Below, one piece after another: positions 1-10,297 of a stretch of 31,090 bases of DNA; within the stretch, counting starts at the first letter, position 1, and each line of letters begins with the position of its first letter. The stretch comes from a virus. Taxonomy: Duplodnaviria > Heunggongvirae > Uroviricota > Caudoviricetes. The stretch covers positions 1-31,090 of the IMG/VR virus record IMGVR_UViG_3300028534_000019; one strand, 5' to 3'. The notes under the pieces are model-generated. The model had not been told where the DNA came from. It searched no databases and saw only the letters and a list, made by a program, of their open reading frames with translations. The translations under genes were made by a program, and so were the position numbers.

Positions 1-2
1 AT

Positions 3-3000
3 GAGGTTGTAATTTATAAAAAACATATCCAAAGTGATGCTTTTATTGATGAGTTAGGGAAATGGGAAATTCTTACAATAAAAGAAAAAATTATTGATGA
101 AGATGGTATTCATTATTCAATTAAAAATCCACCTGATTTAGATTATTCAGAACATAATGTAATATCAAGTATGAGTTTAGTTTATCAATTTGAATTTTTA
201 GAAATATTTAATAACAAATATTATAGAATGAATGAAAATAGTAATAGAACTACTTGGGTTCCGAATTACGAAGAATATAGTGATTGGAATGAGATGTTAA
301 TTTCATACCCTACATCAATCTTTTTTATAAAGTCTAAAAAAGGTATTAAGATAAATTCAAATGCTTATATTGGTTCTTTTTATGGTTATAATGGTGCTTA
401 TGGTTACTATAAAAGATATAGAGGTGATGCAATGCACTATTATTTTGCTTCTTGCGGCCCGAATGGTTCAGGTAGAATAAAAAGTGAAAGTTATGAAAAC
501 AAAGATTTAATGGATAGAAGGGCTGTACCTTGTAATTTAATAAACAAAGGTGACCCTAGAAATAATCTTCAAGAAACATATGAAATGGCTCATAGACCCG
601 GAGGTTTTGGTAATAATGGTTTAAAACATACAGATAATACATCTTATAGTACAAAAATGCCTAAATCTGATGATTTATCAGAACAAATTTATAATGGTGT
701 AGGTGCTGGATGTCTTGTTTTCGGTACTCATACCACTAGTAGTGGTTTTGGTGGTGATACATACCAAGCAAATAATATTATAGGTTCTTGTGGTGGGGGT
801 ATTCTAATAATTCAAACACCAAAAATAGAATTTGTAGATGAAACATCAAGATTATTAGCATACCCAGGAACTAGAACAACTAGAAGAAGGTCAGGTAGAG
901 GAGCAGGTGGTTCTTTATTATTAAAAACAGAAGAAGTTTTGGTACATAGTATAAGAAATTGTAATACAGGTAATTTATCAGAAGAGAATACTTATATCAC
1001 AAACTTTTGGTTAGGACATTATGAAACAGCACATATTGATTATTTTAATGCCCAAGGACAAGTGCAATTTGAAATAGATAGGTTCGTTGTAGAAGTAGAT
1101 GATAATAAAACAATTTATCAATGGAGTGATGATACTCTTACATTAGATGTACTATCAGAATATATTAGAACAAGTGCTATTAATAGAAAGTTTAAAGAAT
1201 TAAATCATACTGATGATACTGATGATTATTTTAAAACAGATGGTGATTGGAATAGTTATGATTTAGGTTATGACCACGGACATTTAAGCCCTATATATGA
1301 AGATGGATATTATTATAAATTATATACTAAAGGATATGCTAATATTGATATTTCAATTTGGGGTAAAATATTAGGTTATTTATCTAGTTATTCAATTCCT
1401 TTAGGAACTGAAATTAAGGTTGCTTTTAGTATTGATAATGGTGACAAATGGTTTACATTAGAAAGTGATGGGGTAAATATTTCACTTTTAAATATTGATG
1501 AAACTTCACAAGAAGATTTAGGAAAATGTATAAATTTAGAAAATCTATTAAATGTTGAAGATTGGTTTGGTTTTACTAATATTTTTATAAAAAATCAATC
1601 AAGTGATGAAAGTAAAACTATTGATATAGCAATAATACTCAAAACATCTAAATATTGGGTTTCACCTGAGATTAAAAATATTGAGGTAGAATATGAAAAT
1701 TTAGGAAGTATTGTTAATCCACCAATTCAAATTAATCCTTATAATGGAGAAGAATTTAATAATGAATATGTAAATTTTGTTTGGTTACAACCATTACAAG
1801 AATCAGGGTCATTACAAAATAGAATTGAAATATCAACAATACCAAATTTTTCATATACCAAAAAACAGATTATTAAAAATTTTGAAAATGGTTATATTGA
1901 TGATAGTTTTATATTACCTTATTCGGCAGTTGATTATGATGGATACAATGATATAACTGATTTTTTAAAAACACCTTATTTAATTGAAAGAGGTACAAAT
2001 ACTGATATACAAGAAGAAATAGATACTCTTAGTTTTAGTGTTGATTATGATAATAATAAAATAAATTATGATGGCTCAGATAAAATATTCTATAAAGGAC
2101 AAACAATTATTACAGGTTCATCAAATATTGATTTACCAATAGAAAACTTTAAAATAGATTATAGTAATGTACCTAAAAGTTCTGATGTTACAAATTATAT
2201 AGATTTTTGTGTTGATGATGTTAGTAATATTTCTGATTCAGTTGCTTCTAATGTGTCATTAAAAGATTATGATTTAATTGATTACAGACCTCACTTTCTA
2301 TATGGCAATACAATTGTTTGCGATGCTGGTGAAGATGGTTATGTAGATTTAGCAATAGATGGTACAAATGAGGAAGATATTCCTAATATATTCTTTTATG
2401 ATAAAGATGCTACATTAACAGTAAAATTTTATATTGATGATTTACAAATAAATGGAAATGCTACATACCCAACTTATTTTTCAATTAGTGTAGGTGAAAC
2501 AAATGTTTTTAAAATTGGTTTAGATTATAGACTTATAAATGGTGTATATAAATCAGGACTAAGATTAACTTTTCAATCAGCAGGTGCTTATGTAATGTAT
2601 GGAGATATATTAACAATAGGTGGTGAAAATATATTAAGTATTGTTAGAAATGATGGTAACATTTCCTTATATCTTAATGGTGTTCTAATTAAGAAAACAT
2701 TGCCGAGTACAACTGATGATTTTATAGACCCAATAGGCTCAGAATGTCATTTTAGACTATTTAAGTCTTTTGATTCTGATACATATGATGTATATGCTTC
2801 TGTAATAGAATTAATTCATCATAATGATTTATTAATATATGATGAAATTAAAGAACTTCATAAAGTACCAAATTATAAATTATTTTATGATTTTGAAAGT
2901 GGTATCATAGAAGCAAAAAGAGTTCCATATAATGGTTTATGGGAAGGGAATGATATATTGGAAAAACTTGATTATGTTTCAAATAATTCATATTCAAGAA

Positions 3001-4523
3001 TAACTGATAATTCAGTTGTTGATAGAAGTAATATAAAATCTACTTATTATACAACTAACAATAGGAAAATGTGTATCGGTAATATAACTATGAAGCCTAT
3101 TAAAGAAGAGATGGTAATCAGAGATTTAGTTAATTTTAAACCAAATGGTGCTAATGATTTTATGATATATGATGAAAGTGATTTAGCAAATTCTGATGAT
3201 ATTATTCATAATATGATATTTTCAGATATAGGTACTATTGAGAAAAAAGATGATTTTGGTGATATTGCTTTGAGGTCACCAAACAGAATAAATTTTGATG
3301 AAGATTTTCCTGAAGTTACTTTTATATATAAAGATTTAGAAGTTGATGAAGATTCTCATATATCTTTAACAGTTGGTATAAATTCATCAGCAACAGAACC
3401 TGTTTATAATTATGTAAATTATTATAATCATTTTTTTGGTTTAAAGAAAAAAACAGATGGTACTATGATTATTGGTGTTACTGTTTATAGTGGGAAAAAA
3501 GTAATAGATTGGAATGTAACAACTGATGTAAACAGTAGTTTACCATACCCATTAATAGATGGATACATTTATACATTATCTTTTAGAACTACTAATTCAG
3601 ATTATCAAACTATTAGTGCTTGGGTACATTCGCCAAATGATGATAATTATAAAAGTGGTGTTAAAGTATGGGATAGGGAATTAACTAATACTGATGAATT
3701 ATTAAGAAGAGGTTATATAACAAAAGAACCTCATCATCTTGAAACATATTCAACAGGAGATGATGCCAAATGGTGTTATTATGGATGTAGATTAAGACAT
3801 AGAAATGCTAAAAATCCTTTTAAATTATTAGGATTAAGTACAAGAAAAGAAGATACAATAATTAATAAAGAGCCTTCATATTCAGAAGAAAAAGAATATA
3901 CATTAGAAATGAGAAAAGAAACTATTACAAAGTTAAATACATTAGTTTTAGATATAGATGCTATAAATTCTACTTTGCTTGTTGGTGTTAGTTTTGATGG
4001 TGGAGAAAATTTTAAAGTGTTTGATTTTGATAATAATGAATGGGTTATTGTAACAAACACTAACGACTTTATGAATTATGAGGATGCTATAAATTTAACA
4101 TTCCCTATATATAATAAAAGTGGTGGTTTTGATAAAGATAATTCAGATGTAGTATTTAAGTTTATTTTAAGAACAGAAGATGGTATTCATACACCACACC
4201 TTAAAAATGCTTTGATTAAATATAACGGGCCGATTACAATAGACTCTTGGAAAGAACAAGGTAGTTATTATGATGATACTGTTAAATTTTATTTTTTAGA
4301 AGATGATAGTTGGAATCCTTATATTGAGCCTGATTTTTCAAGTGATAGCCAAAATTGGCAAGAAATGGGTATAGGAGTTCCTGAAATAGATTCTTATGAT
4401 ATTTCAAGGGGTTCAAAACCATCAACAGGAAGCAAAAAGATATTTACAGGTGCTAGAATATTATTAGACCACAAAGGTAAATGGTATTGGAGAGTAGCGG
4501 CTTATAATGGTTTGAAAAAATAG
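3..4523 (+). CDS. Very large multidomain virion structural protein (Gly-rich segment, LamG-like region, FN3-like motifs); 5'-truncated, over 1500 aa
   Basis: The frame of the listed 171..4523 ORF is open back to position 3 (EVVIYKKHIQ...VISS-MSLVY), so the true start lies upstream of the window. It has a Gly-rich stretch (GSCGGGILIIQT...GRGAGGSLLL), a LamG-like segment (LSIVRNDGNISLYLNGVL), two copies of an S(I/F)D(N/G)G...L(K/R)T...(S/T)P.(I/L)KN domain, and a C-terminal WYWRVAAYN. Confidence 0.75.
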   Translation, partial: EVVIYKKHIQSDAFIDELGKWEILTIKEKIIDEDGIHYSIKNPPDLDYSEHNVISSMSLVYQFEFLEIFNNKYYRMNENSNRTTWVPNYEEYSDWNEMLISYPTSIFFIKSKKGIKINSNAYIGSFYGYNGAYGYYKRYRGDAMHYYFASCGPNGSGRIKSESYENKDLMDRRAVPCNLINKGDPRNNLQETYEMAHRPGGFGNNGLKHTDNTSYSTKMPKSDDLSEQIYNGVGAGCLVFGTHTTSSGFGGDTYQANNIIGSCGGGILIIQTPKIEFVDETSRLLAYPGTRTTRRRSGRGAGGSLLLKTEEVLVHSIRNCNTGNLSEENTYITNFWLGHYETAHIDYFNAQGQVQFEIDRFVVEVDDNKTIYQWSDDTLTLDVLSEYIRTSAINRKFKELNHTDDTDDYFKTDGDWNSYDLGYDHGHLSPIYEDGYYYKLYTKGYANIDISIWGKILGYLSSYSIPLGTEIKVAFSIDNGDKWFTLESDGVNISLLNIDETSQEDLGKCINLENLLNVEDWFGFTNIFIKNQSSDESKTIDIAIILKTSKYWVSPEIKNIEVEYENLGSIVNPPIQINPYNGEEFNNEYVNFVWLQPLQESGSLQNRIEISTIPNFSYTKKQIIKNFENGYIDDSFILPYSAVDYDGYNDITDFLKTPYLIERGTNTDIQEEIDTLSFSVDYDNNKINYDGSDKIFYKGQTIITGSSNIDLPIENFKIDYSNVPKSSDVTNYIDFCVDDVSNISDSVASNVSLKDYDLIDYRPHFLYGNTIVCDAGEDGYVDLAIDGTNEEDIPNIFFYDKDATLTVKFYIDDLQINGNATYPTYFSISVGETNVFKIGLDYRLINGVYKSGLRLTFQSAGAYVMYGDILTIGGENILSIVRNDGNISLYLNGVLIKKTLPSTTDDFIDPIGSECHFRLFKSFDSDTYDVYASVIELIHHNDLLIYDEIKELHKVPNYKLFYDFESGIIEAKRVPYNGLWEGNDILEKLDYVSNNSYSRITDNSVVDRSNIKSTYYTTNNRKMCIGNITMKPIKEEMVIRDLVNFKPNGANDFMIYDESDLANSDDIIHNMIFSDIGTIEKKDDFGDIALRSPNRINFDEDFPEVTFIYKDLEVDEDSHISLTVGINSSATEPVYNYVNYYNHFFGLKKKTDGTMIIGVTVYSGKKVIDWNVTTDVNSSLPYPLIDGYIYTLSFRTTNSDYQTISAWVHSPNDDNYKSGVKVWDRELTNTDELLRRGYITKEPHHLETYSTGDDAKWCYYGCRLRHRNAKNPFKLLGLSTRKEDTIINKEPSYSEEKEYTLEMRKETITKLNTLVLDIDAINSTLLVGVSFDGGENFKVFDFDNNEWVIVTNTNDFMNYEDAINLTFPIYNKSGGFDKDNSDVVFKFILRTEDGIHTPHLKNALIKYNGPITIDSWKEQGSYYDDTVKFYFLEDDSWNPYIEPDFSSDSQNWQEMGIGVPEIDSYDISRGSKPSTGSKKIFTGARILLDHKGKWYWRVAAYNGLKK

Positions 4524-4530
4524 ACTTTTA

Positions 4531-4538
4531 TATAAATA
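4531..4538 (+). promoter_or_regulatory. T4-type late promoter TATAAATA
   Basis: Perfect consensus, followed by a GGAG RBS and the TTG start at 4557. Confidence 0.85.
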
Positions 4539-4556
4539 TTTACAAAGGAGTCTATT

Positions 4557-7163
4557 TTGAGTTTACAAAAATCTAATATTAGTGTTTTTAATAATAATAT
4601 TAAAAAGCATAATAGACTTTCTGATATAGATTTACTTTTTAGTTCTGAATATGAATTTTTAAGTCATTTAGAAAAAGGTAAATCTACAAATACACCAAAA
4701 ATTATTATTTCTTTTTCAGAAGTAGAATTTTTTAATAGTAGAGTTACAAATAAAATAACTAAAACCGAATTAGATTTTTCTAAAGGGTATTTAGAAATAG
4801 AAAATAGCATACATAAATTAGCTGATTCTTCAACTACATATGATGATATTAAAGATGATATTGTAAATGAAACAATAGAATACAATTGGTTTGATAATAG
4901 TGTACTTAGTAGATTAATACCTGAACAATTAAGAGTAATACCTTGGGGTTATAATATAGATAATTTTCAGTTATCTTATAATTTTCCTGAATATATAATT
5001 TCTTTTGAGTTTGAAGCAAATAGATTAGATAAGTATATTCCTTTAAATACAGAATTAAATTTTTTCCCGCCTATTGAAGAAAAACCATTTATTGATATTG
5101 AATTTGATACTAGATATTATACTTTTGAATTACCTTTTGAATTTGCTCGTGGTTATTCATTCAGTGTATTAACAAATATTGAACTTGAAAAACTAGAAGG
5201 ACAAGTTTACCCTTTAACATTTGACTTCAACAAGAAAACATTAAAAGATTATACAACTAATTTAGAATATAAAAGAGTTTATAATGAAAATAATATTACA
5301 AATATAGAATGTGATATGTTTACTTCATTATATCCTTATTTAAACTTTGAATATAGAAGAGTTTATAATAATGATGGTACACTTGATTTTGAGTTATATA
5401 GAACAACTTTTCATAATGAATTATTAAGTTTTGAAAATCTTACAAGTGCTGAGAATAAGAGAATATTAAGTGTTGAATATATAAAAGAGTTCATAATAGA
5501 TGAAATTTTTAATTTTGAATTTATTAATTATTATCCTTTAATAGAATATTTAGATTTAGAATTAGACATATATCCTATGGTTGATTCATTCATAAATTTT
5601 GAAACAGCAATTACATCAGGTTATAAGCATTTAGATTTAGAATATAGAAGAGTTTATAATGAAGATTATATTTTAGATATAGAATATGATATACCTTATC
5701 TTTCAAGAAGTTATGATATTGGTTTTGAAATTGATTCAAAAATAAATTATGATTATATAACTAATTTTGAATATAGAAGAGTTTATAATAATGATAGTAC
5801 ACTTGATTACGATGTAAATGTACATTATATAAATAAAAATTATGATGTTAGTTTTGAAACATTATTAAGTACATCTTATTCAACATTAGTAGCTGATTTA
5901 GAATTTATGAGAGATAAAGAGGTAAAAATTAATCAACAAGTTTTTGCTGTTCCTTTAGCATATAAAGATAACAAGTTTCAAATTTATCATAAAGGTGTTT
6001 GGAATTATGAATTACCTTTGGAATGTAATGTTAGTAATGTATTGGCTATTATGAGAAATCAATTTGAAGTTGATTTGAATATTTTAGAAGATGTTAAGAT
6101 AGATATAGAATATGACATATATCAATTAAATAAATCATTATATGTTGATATAGAAAGTAATATAGCACCAATTAACACTTTAAGTGAATTAGAATTAGAA
6201 TATAAAAATGTTTATAATATAGATGAAATAATTAATTTAGAAAGTTTTAATAGTGTACTTGAAGATACAAATACAGATATTGAATATAATATAGACCACC
6301 TAAATAAAGATTATGAATTAACATTAGAATATGTTCAAAGCATAACTGATTATTATAATTTAGATATTGAAATAGATAACTTTATTAATACAGAAAATGA
6401 TGTTCAAATAGAATATGTTATTGATAAAATCAATAAAGATTATAATATTGATTTAGAATTTTTTACAAGTATTAATTCAAAACAAGAATTTAATCTTGAA
6501 TTATTTATAGCAACAGTTTCAAAAACTCTTAATTTAGAATTTGATGTATTAGATTTAGTTTATTATTTTATAAGAAAAGGTTATAACATAGTTCCTTGGG
6601 GTTATTCAGATGGTAAGGGTAATTTTAATGAAAATGTTCAAAATTACTGGGATAAACAAAGTGAAGAATTAACAACAATAGAAAATGGTTTATATAACCA
6701 ATTAGATTTTTTAAGTAAAGAAATACCTGAATTTATTTCTTATTCTGATTCTAAACAAAATACTTTTGGAACTATAATAAAAGATAAACAAATTCCTAAT
6801 ATAGAGTTAAAAGATAAATTTTTATATTATCATTCATTAGATGATTCTTATACATTGGTTTTAGGTAAAAAACAAAAAGAAGCAAGAACAGTAGGGTTAA
6901 AACAAGGTGTAAATTTAACATTCTTTGATGGACAATATAATAAGTCTAACCAACCTATGTTTAATGATAAAATTAAACCTCAAATAGAAGATAAAATTAT
7001 TGATGTACAATTTTGGAATCAAAAATTAGGAACTTGGAAAACATTAGTAAGTGATTTTGACCACCCTTTATATTATGAAATGGATATAAACGGAAGCCCA
7101 AAACCAATTCCTTACATAATTAAAATTATAGTTAGTGAAGAATGTTCTTTTGTTTCAGAATAA
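4557..7163 (+). CDS. Acidic repeat-rich putative virion protein (868 aa) with about 14-aa periodic repeats
   Basis: Long ORF with a TTG start after GGAG. It has recurring (L/I)x(L/F/I)E(Y/F) units, five EY(R/K)(R/N)VYN copies and two (V/I)PWGY motifs. Confidence 0.7.
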   Translation: MSLQKSNISVFNNNIKKHNRLSDIDLLFSSEYEFLSHLEKGKSTNTPKIIISFSEVEFFNSRVTNKITKTELDFSKGYLEIENSIHKLADSSTTYDDIKDDIVNETIEYNWFDNSVLSRLIPEQLRVIPWGYNIDNFQLSYNFPEYIISFEFEANRLDKYIPLNTELNFFPPIEEKPFIDIEFDTRYYTFELPFEFARGYSFSVLTNIELEKLEGQVYPLTFDFNKKTLKDYTTNLEYKRVYNENNITNIECDMFTSLYPYLNFEYRRVYNNDGTLDFELYRTTFHNELLSFENLTSAENKRILSVEYIKEFIIDEIFNFEFINYYPLIEYLDLELDIYPMVDSFINFETAITSGYKHLDLEYRRVYNEDYILDIEYDIPYLSRSYDIGFEIDSKINYDYITNFEYRRVYNNDSTLDYDVNVHYINKNYDVSFETLLSTSYSTLVADLEFMRDKEVKINQQVFAVPLAYKDNKFQIYHKGVWNYELPLECNVSNVLAIMRNQFEVDLNILEDVKIDIEYDIYQLNKSLYVDIESNIAPINTLSELELEYKNVYNIDEIINLESFNSVLEDTNTDIEYNIDHLNKDYELTLEYVQSITDYYNLDIEIDNFINTENDVQIEYVIDKINKDYNIDLEFFTSINSKQEFNLELFIATVSKTLNLEFDVLDLVYYFIRKGYNIVPWGYSDGKGNFNENVQNYWDKQSEELTTIENGLYNQLDFLSKEIPEFISYSDSKQNTFGTIIKDKQIPNIELKDKFLYYHSLDDSYTLVLGKKQKEARTVGLKQGVNLTFFDGQYNKSNQPMFNDKIKPQIEDKIIDVQFWNQKLGTWKTLVSDFDHPLYYEMDINGSPKPIPYIIKIIVSEECSFVSE
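5346..5808 (+). repeat. 43-nt direct repeat with 1 mismatch at 5346-5388 and 5766-5808
   Basis: tttgaatatagaagagtttataataatgat(g/a)gtacacttgatt occurs twice, exactly 420 nt apart. Looser copies start at 5265, 5640 and 6198. Confidence 0.9.
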
Positions 7164-7206
7164 TATAAGGTTGCTATGTTATAATTATATTACAAAAGGG
7201 TTCTTC

Positions 7207-7214
7207 TATAAATA
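7207..7214 (+). promoter_or_regulatory. T4-type late promoter TATAAATA
   Basis: Perfect consensus upstream of the AGGAG RBS and ATG at 7239. Confidence 0.85.
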
Positions 7215-7238
7215 CAATAAAACATAGGAGAACTCATT

Positions 7239-7880
7239 ATGGCAAAACCTATAATATATTTTCAAGGTTCAAATGCTGGTGCTGTACCAGACTCACAAGA
7301 AAGTTTAAGATGGACTGATGAAGCAGAATTAGGTACAGTATTAACAGGAGATGGTAATACAACAGGTATTTTTTTAGGGGCTTTAACAAATGCTCAAAGT
7401 TCAGGTGATTTTGATATTATTATATCTCACTCAGCAGAAGAACCGATAACAGGTGTAAAATTTTATTTTCAACCAACAACAAACACAAGAACAGGTGGTT
7501 CAGGGTTTACTCATACAGATGATGCTCAGGGTGCTTTGGATGATTTTAATGAAATTTTAAAATGGGGTGATGACTCAAAAAATAATGTTACTGATAGTAC
7601 ACCACAAGATGGTATGTACTTAATTTATAAAGATGAAACCGAAGACCAAACTAATAACCAAATAGCAACAGGCTATATGGATAGTTTAGAAAATGCTAGA
7701 GAATTGAATCTTGATGGTAAGCCGGGTGGTTCAGGAACAGCAGATGTAATTGACCCTTTTGATGGATATGCTGGTGGAGATTATGCTTGGATTAAAACAA
7801 GATTATATATACCTCAATATGTAGAAGATGCTGGAAAAAGACAAATGGCATTATATATGAGATTGAGTTACACTTTTTAA
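7239..7880 (+). CDS. Putative virion structural protein (213 aa), paralog of 7890..8552
   Basis: Late promoter and RBS. It shares the H-x4-PI-x4-FY motif and a C-terminal Y-T-(F/I) with the next ORF. Confidence 0.7.
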   Translation: MAKPIIYFQGSNAGAVPDSQESLRWTDEAELGTVLTGDGNTTGIFLGALTNAQSSGDFDIIISHSAEEPITGVKFYFQPTTNTRTGGSGFTHTDDAQGALDDFNEILKWGDDSKNNVTDSTPQDGMYLIYKDETEDQTNNQIATGYMDSLENARELNLDGKPGGSGTADVIDPFDGYAGGDYAWIKTRLYIPQYVEDAGKRQMALYMRLSYTF

Positions 7881-7889
7881 GGAAAAATA

Positions 7890-8552
7890 ATGAATATTAT
7901 AGTTACTGCTTCATATGAATCAAATGGTAATGATATTGATACTCTTATTTTTGATAATAGCGGTGCTAAAGGTCTTGTAGGTAGTGATTTTGGTGACCTT
8001 GAAACAGGTAAAGAGTCTTCAATTATTTGGTATTATTTTAGACACGATGGGGAAAATCCTATATATGATACATCATTTTATATTAGGGCTTTGGGTTTAG
8101 AATGGGGTGGATATGTACCTGATGCTGATGATAGTAGATTACCATATAATCCTAATTTTTTTAGAAATGGTGGGCTTGATGAAGATGGTAATATAACTAC
8201 AAGTACAGCCGACTATGATTTGATGAGAACATTAGCATATAATAACCCTGAAATGGGTGTAAGATTACATATGGATAGAAATGATGAAACAGTTAAAACA
8301 AATGGTTTAGGATATGAAAATAAAGGTTTATCATTTTCATCTTTACCATTAGCAAGTACATCATTAGATTACTCTAAAAGTTCAAATGAAGAATTAGATG
8401 GTTATATTTATGCTACACCTGCCGACCAAAGTAAAGTGGGACAAGATGGAGATGAAGCAAAAGTTGGAGTAAGTATTAAATTACCTGATGATTTGGAAGA
8501 TTCAGGGCATATTCAGTTTTCACTTGTTATGAAATATAGATATACAATATAA
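7890..8552 (+). CDS. Putative virion structural protein (220 aa), paralog of 7239..7880
   Basis: RHDGENPIYDTSFY versus SHSAEEPITGVKFY, similar length, and it ends KYRYTI versus RLSYTF. Confidence 0.7.
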   Translation: MNIIVTASYESNGNDIDTLIFDNSGAKGLVGSDFGDLETGKESSIIWYYFRHDGENPIYDTSFYIRALGLEWGGYVPDADDSRLPYNPNFFRNGGLDEDGNITTSTADYDLMRTLAYNNPEMGVRLHMDRNDETVKTNGLGYENKGLSFSSLPLASTSLDYSKSSNEELDGYIYATPADQSKVGQDGDEAKVGVSIKLPDDLEDSGHIQFSLVMKYRYTI

Positions 8553-8561
8553 GGTGTTTTT

Positions 8562-9692
8562 ATGGTTTTTAATTATTGTATATATGGAGATATAGATAAA
8601 GATGTTGGAACTTTACAATGTACTTATATTAAATATGATATGAATGAAAAGGTATCTAAAACTATTGATATTACTGAAAATAATTATCAATTTAATTTAG
8701 GTGATGATGATTTTCTAACATCAGATACTATGATTTTTAAAAATGATATTATAATACTAACTTATTTTGATGAAAATGATAATAAAATATTTTCTGATTT
8801 TGTTAATATAGATATAAATGATAATAAAGTAGAATTTAACATTGATACATCTAATTCTTTTTCTGAAACATCAGATGAAGCAAATTTTACACTTACTGAA
8901 AGCATTATTAAGACAAGTTCTAACAAATTGGTAGAAACATCAGAAAGTTTATATAATTATTATAAAATAATAAATTCTAATACAAATGAACTTATAGTAG
9001 AAAGTAACTTAAATCATATTGAATTTTCTCCTAGTATTTCAGATAAATTTAAGATTACTCAATATGCTGTTAATAAGACAAATACTGATATAACATCTAA
9101 AGAATTTGAATTTAATGCTATTGTTTCATCAGCAACAATCACTAGAAGTTCAAAATGTAAATCATTAAATGACTCTATTAAAATATTATTCTTAGGTTAT
9201 GATGATAACACACCAACAATAGATATTTTTAAAGAAAATGATAAAATAGAAAGTGGTGATATGGCTACATCAGGGGATAATATTTATTCATATAACTTTG
9301 TTTTTGATGATGAGGGATATTTTTTATTTAAGGTTAATTATAATGATGAGGTATTTATTTTATCTTTTAGAGTAAATAGTTCTTATTATAAAGCATACCA
9401 TATTCAAGAAACTGTTACAGGTGAAGAATTAGGTTATAAATTGTATAAAGTACCAAATGTAGATGATGTAATAGAAGAAGAAAATTTAACATATTTAGAA
9501 GATGGTTTATACACAACAGAACACCTTGGGCTGGAATATGGTGATTATTTGTTTGTTATAGATGATGATGATTTTGTAGTTAGTTTTGAAGAATGTGCTA
9601 ACATTCAAGTTGATGATAATAGTGGTTATGTTGGAAATTCACAACAAAGTGAAGAAATATTTTGGATTTTTCCAAATAATGTAGGGGCGTAA
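8562..9692 (+). CDS. Putative virion protein (376 aa) with an N-terminal NLGDD domain and Ig-like beta-rich repeats
   Basis: The N-terminus (YQFNLGDDDFL...DIIIL) resembles the N-termini of 22541..24772 and 28722..30194. The C-terminal half has G-x-Y beta-sandwich-like motifs. Confidence 0.65.
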   Translation: MVFNYCIYGDIDKDVGTLQCTYIKYDMNEKVSKTIDITENNYQFNLGDDDFLTSDTMIFKNDIIILTYFDENDNKIFSDFVNIDINDNKVEFNIDTSNSFSETSDEANFTLTESIIKTSSNKLVETSESLYNYYKIINSNTNELIVESNLNHIEFSPSISDKFKITQYAVNKTNTDITSKEFEFNAIVSSATITRSSKCKSLNDSIKILFLGYDDNTPTIDIFKENDKIESGDMATSGDNIYSYNFVFDDEGYFLFKVNYNDEVFILSFRVNSSYYKAYHIQETVTGEELGYKLYKVPNVDDVIEEENLTYLEDGLYTTEHLGLEYGDYLFVIDDDDFVVSFEECANIQVDDNSGYVGNSQQSEEIFWIFPNNVGA

Positions 9693-9693
9693 A

Positions 9694-10230
9694 ATGGATG
9701 GTATATACATAGTAAATGAAGATGGTATTGCTCAAATAGTAGCAAATGATTATTTTGGGGCTTATTTTAAATGTAATATATTTAACCAAGATGATAATAC
9801 ATATTTACAAGAAAATTTAAGTATGACTGAAATCGAAGAACCTTATGATACAAACTCAACCACAACAGATGGTAATCACGACTCAGGTGTAAGTAGTATA
9901 AGTTTAAGTGATTCATCAGGTTTTTCAATAAGTGATAGGGTAAAAATAGGTAACTACATATATAAGATAACTAATATAGATGGAAATTCTATAACAACTC
10001 ATAAACCTTTATATGAAAATATTTCAGATGGGAGTAGTGTTGATAGAGTAGGTAATCTAGGTATATATAAAGTTTCTCTGAATATTGATACATTAGGTAC
10101 TTACACTCTTATTGGTAAGGATACAGTTTTTGGACTTAATACAACAAAAATGATTAAAGTAGTACCTAAATCAATAGCTGAAATGTATAAAGATATTAAA
10201 AATTTAGAATATGCTATTTTAGGCTCGTAA
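9694..10230 (+). CDS. Putative virion structural protein (178 aa)
   Basis: Starts 1 nt after the upstream stop codon. It contains an SISLSDSSGFSISDRVKIG...ITNIDG motif of the kind seen in phage structural proteins. Confidence 0.65.
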   Translation: MDGIYIVNEDGIAQIVANDYFGAYFKCNIFNQDDNTYLQENLSMTEIEEPYDTNSTTTDGNHDSGVSSISLSDSSGFSISDRVKIGNYIYKITNIDGNSITTHKPLYENISDGSSVDRVGNLGIYKVSLNIDTLGTYTLIGKDTVFGLNTTKMIKVVPKSIAEMYKDIKNLEYAILGS

Positions 10231-10237
10231 TATTCCA

Positions 10238-10245
10238 TATAAATA
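10238..10245 (+). promoter_or_regulatory. T4-type late promoter TATAAATA with a hairpin-containing leader
   Basis: Perfect consensus. A hairpin (ggttaga/tctaatc, 10253-10272) precedes the GGAGG RBS and ATG at 10298. Confidence 0.8.
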
Positions 10246-10297
10246 GTGTTAAGGTTAGATTTAAGTCTAATCCATTCTATAACGGAGGAATAATAAA

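Noticed and set aside
171-173. ATG at 171 as the start of the first gene
   Set aside because: The frame is open from position 3 and there is no RBS before 171, so the gene starts upstream of the window.
3779-4060. 93-aa minus-strand ORF
   Set aside because: It lies wholly antisense within a long coding gene, has no RBS and has a shadow-like composition.
4664-4885. 73-aa minus-strand ORF
   Set aside because: Antisense shadow of 4557..7163.
5346-5808. Direct repeat as a diversity-generating retroelement TR/VR pair
   Set aside because: It is only 43 nt with one mismatch, both copies are in frame in the middle of the same gene, and there is no reverse transcriptase in the window.
9598-9789. 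63-aa minus-strand ORF
   Set aside because: It overlaps two tightly coupled plus-strand genes.
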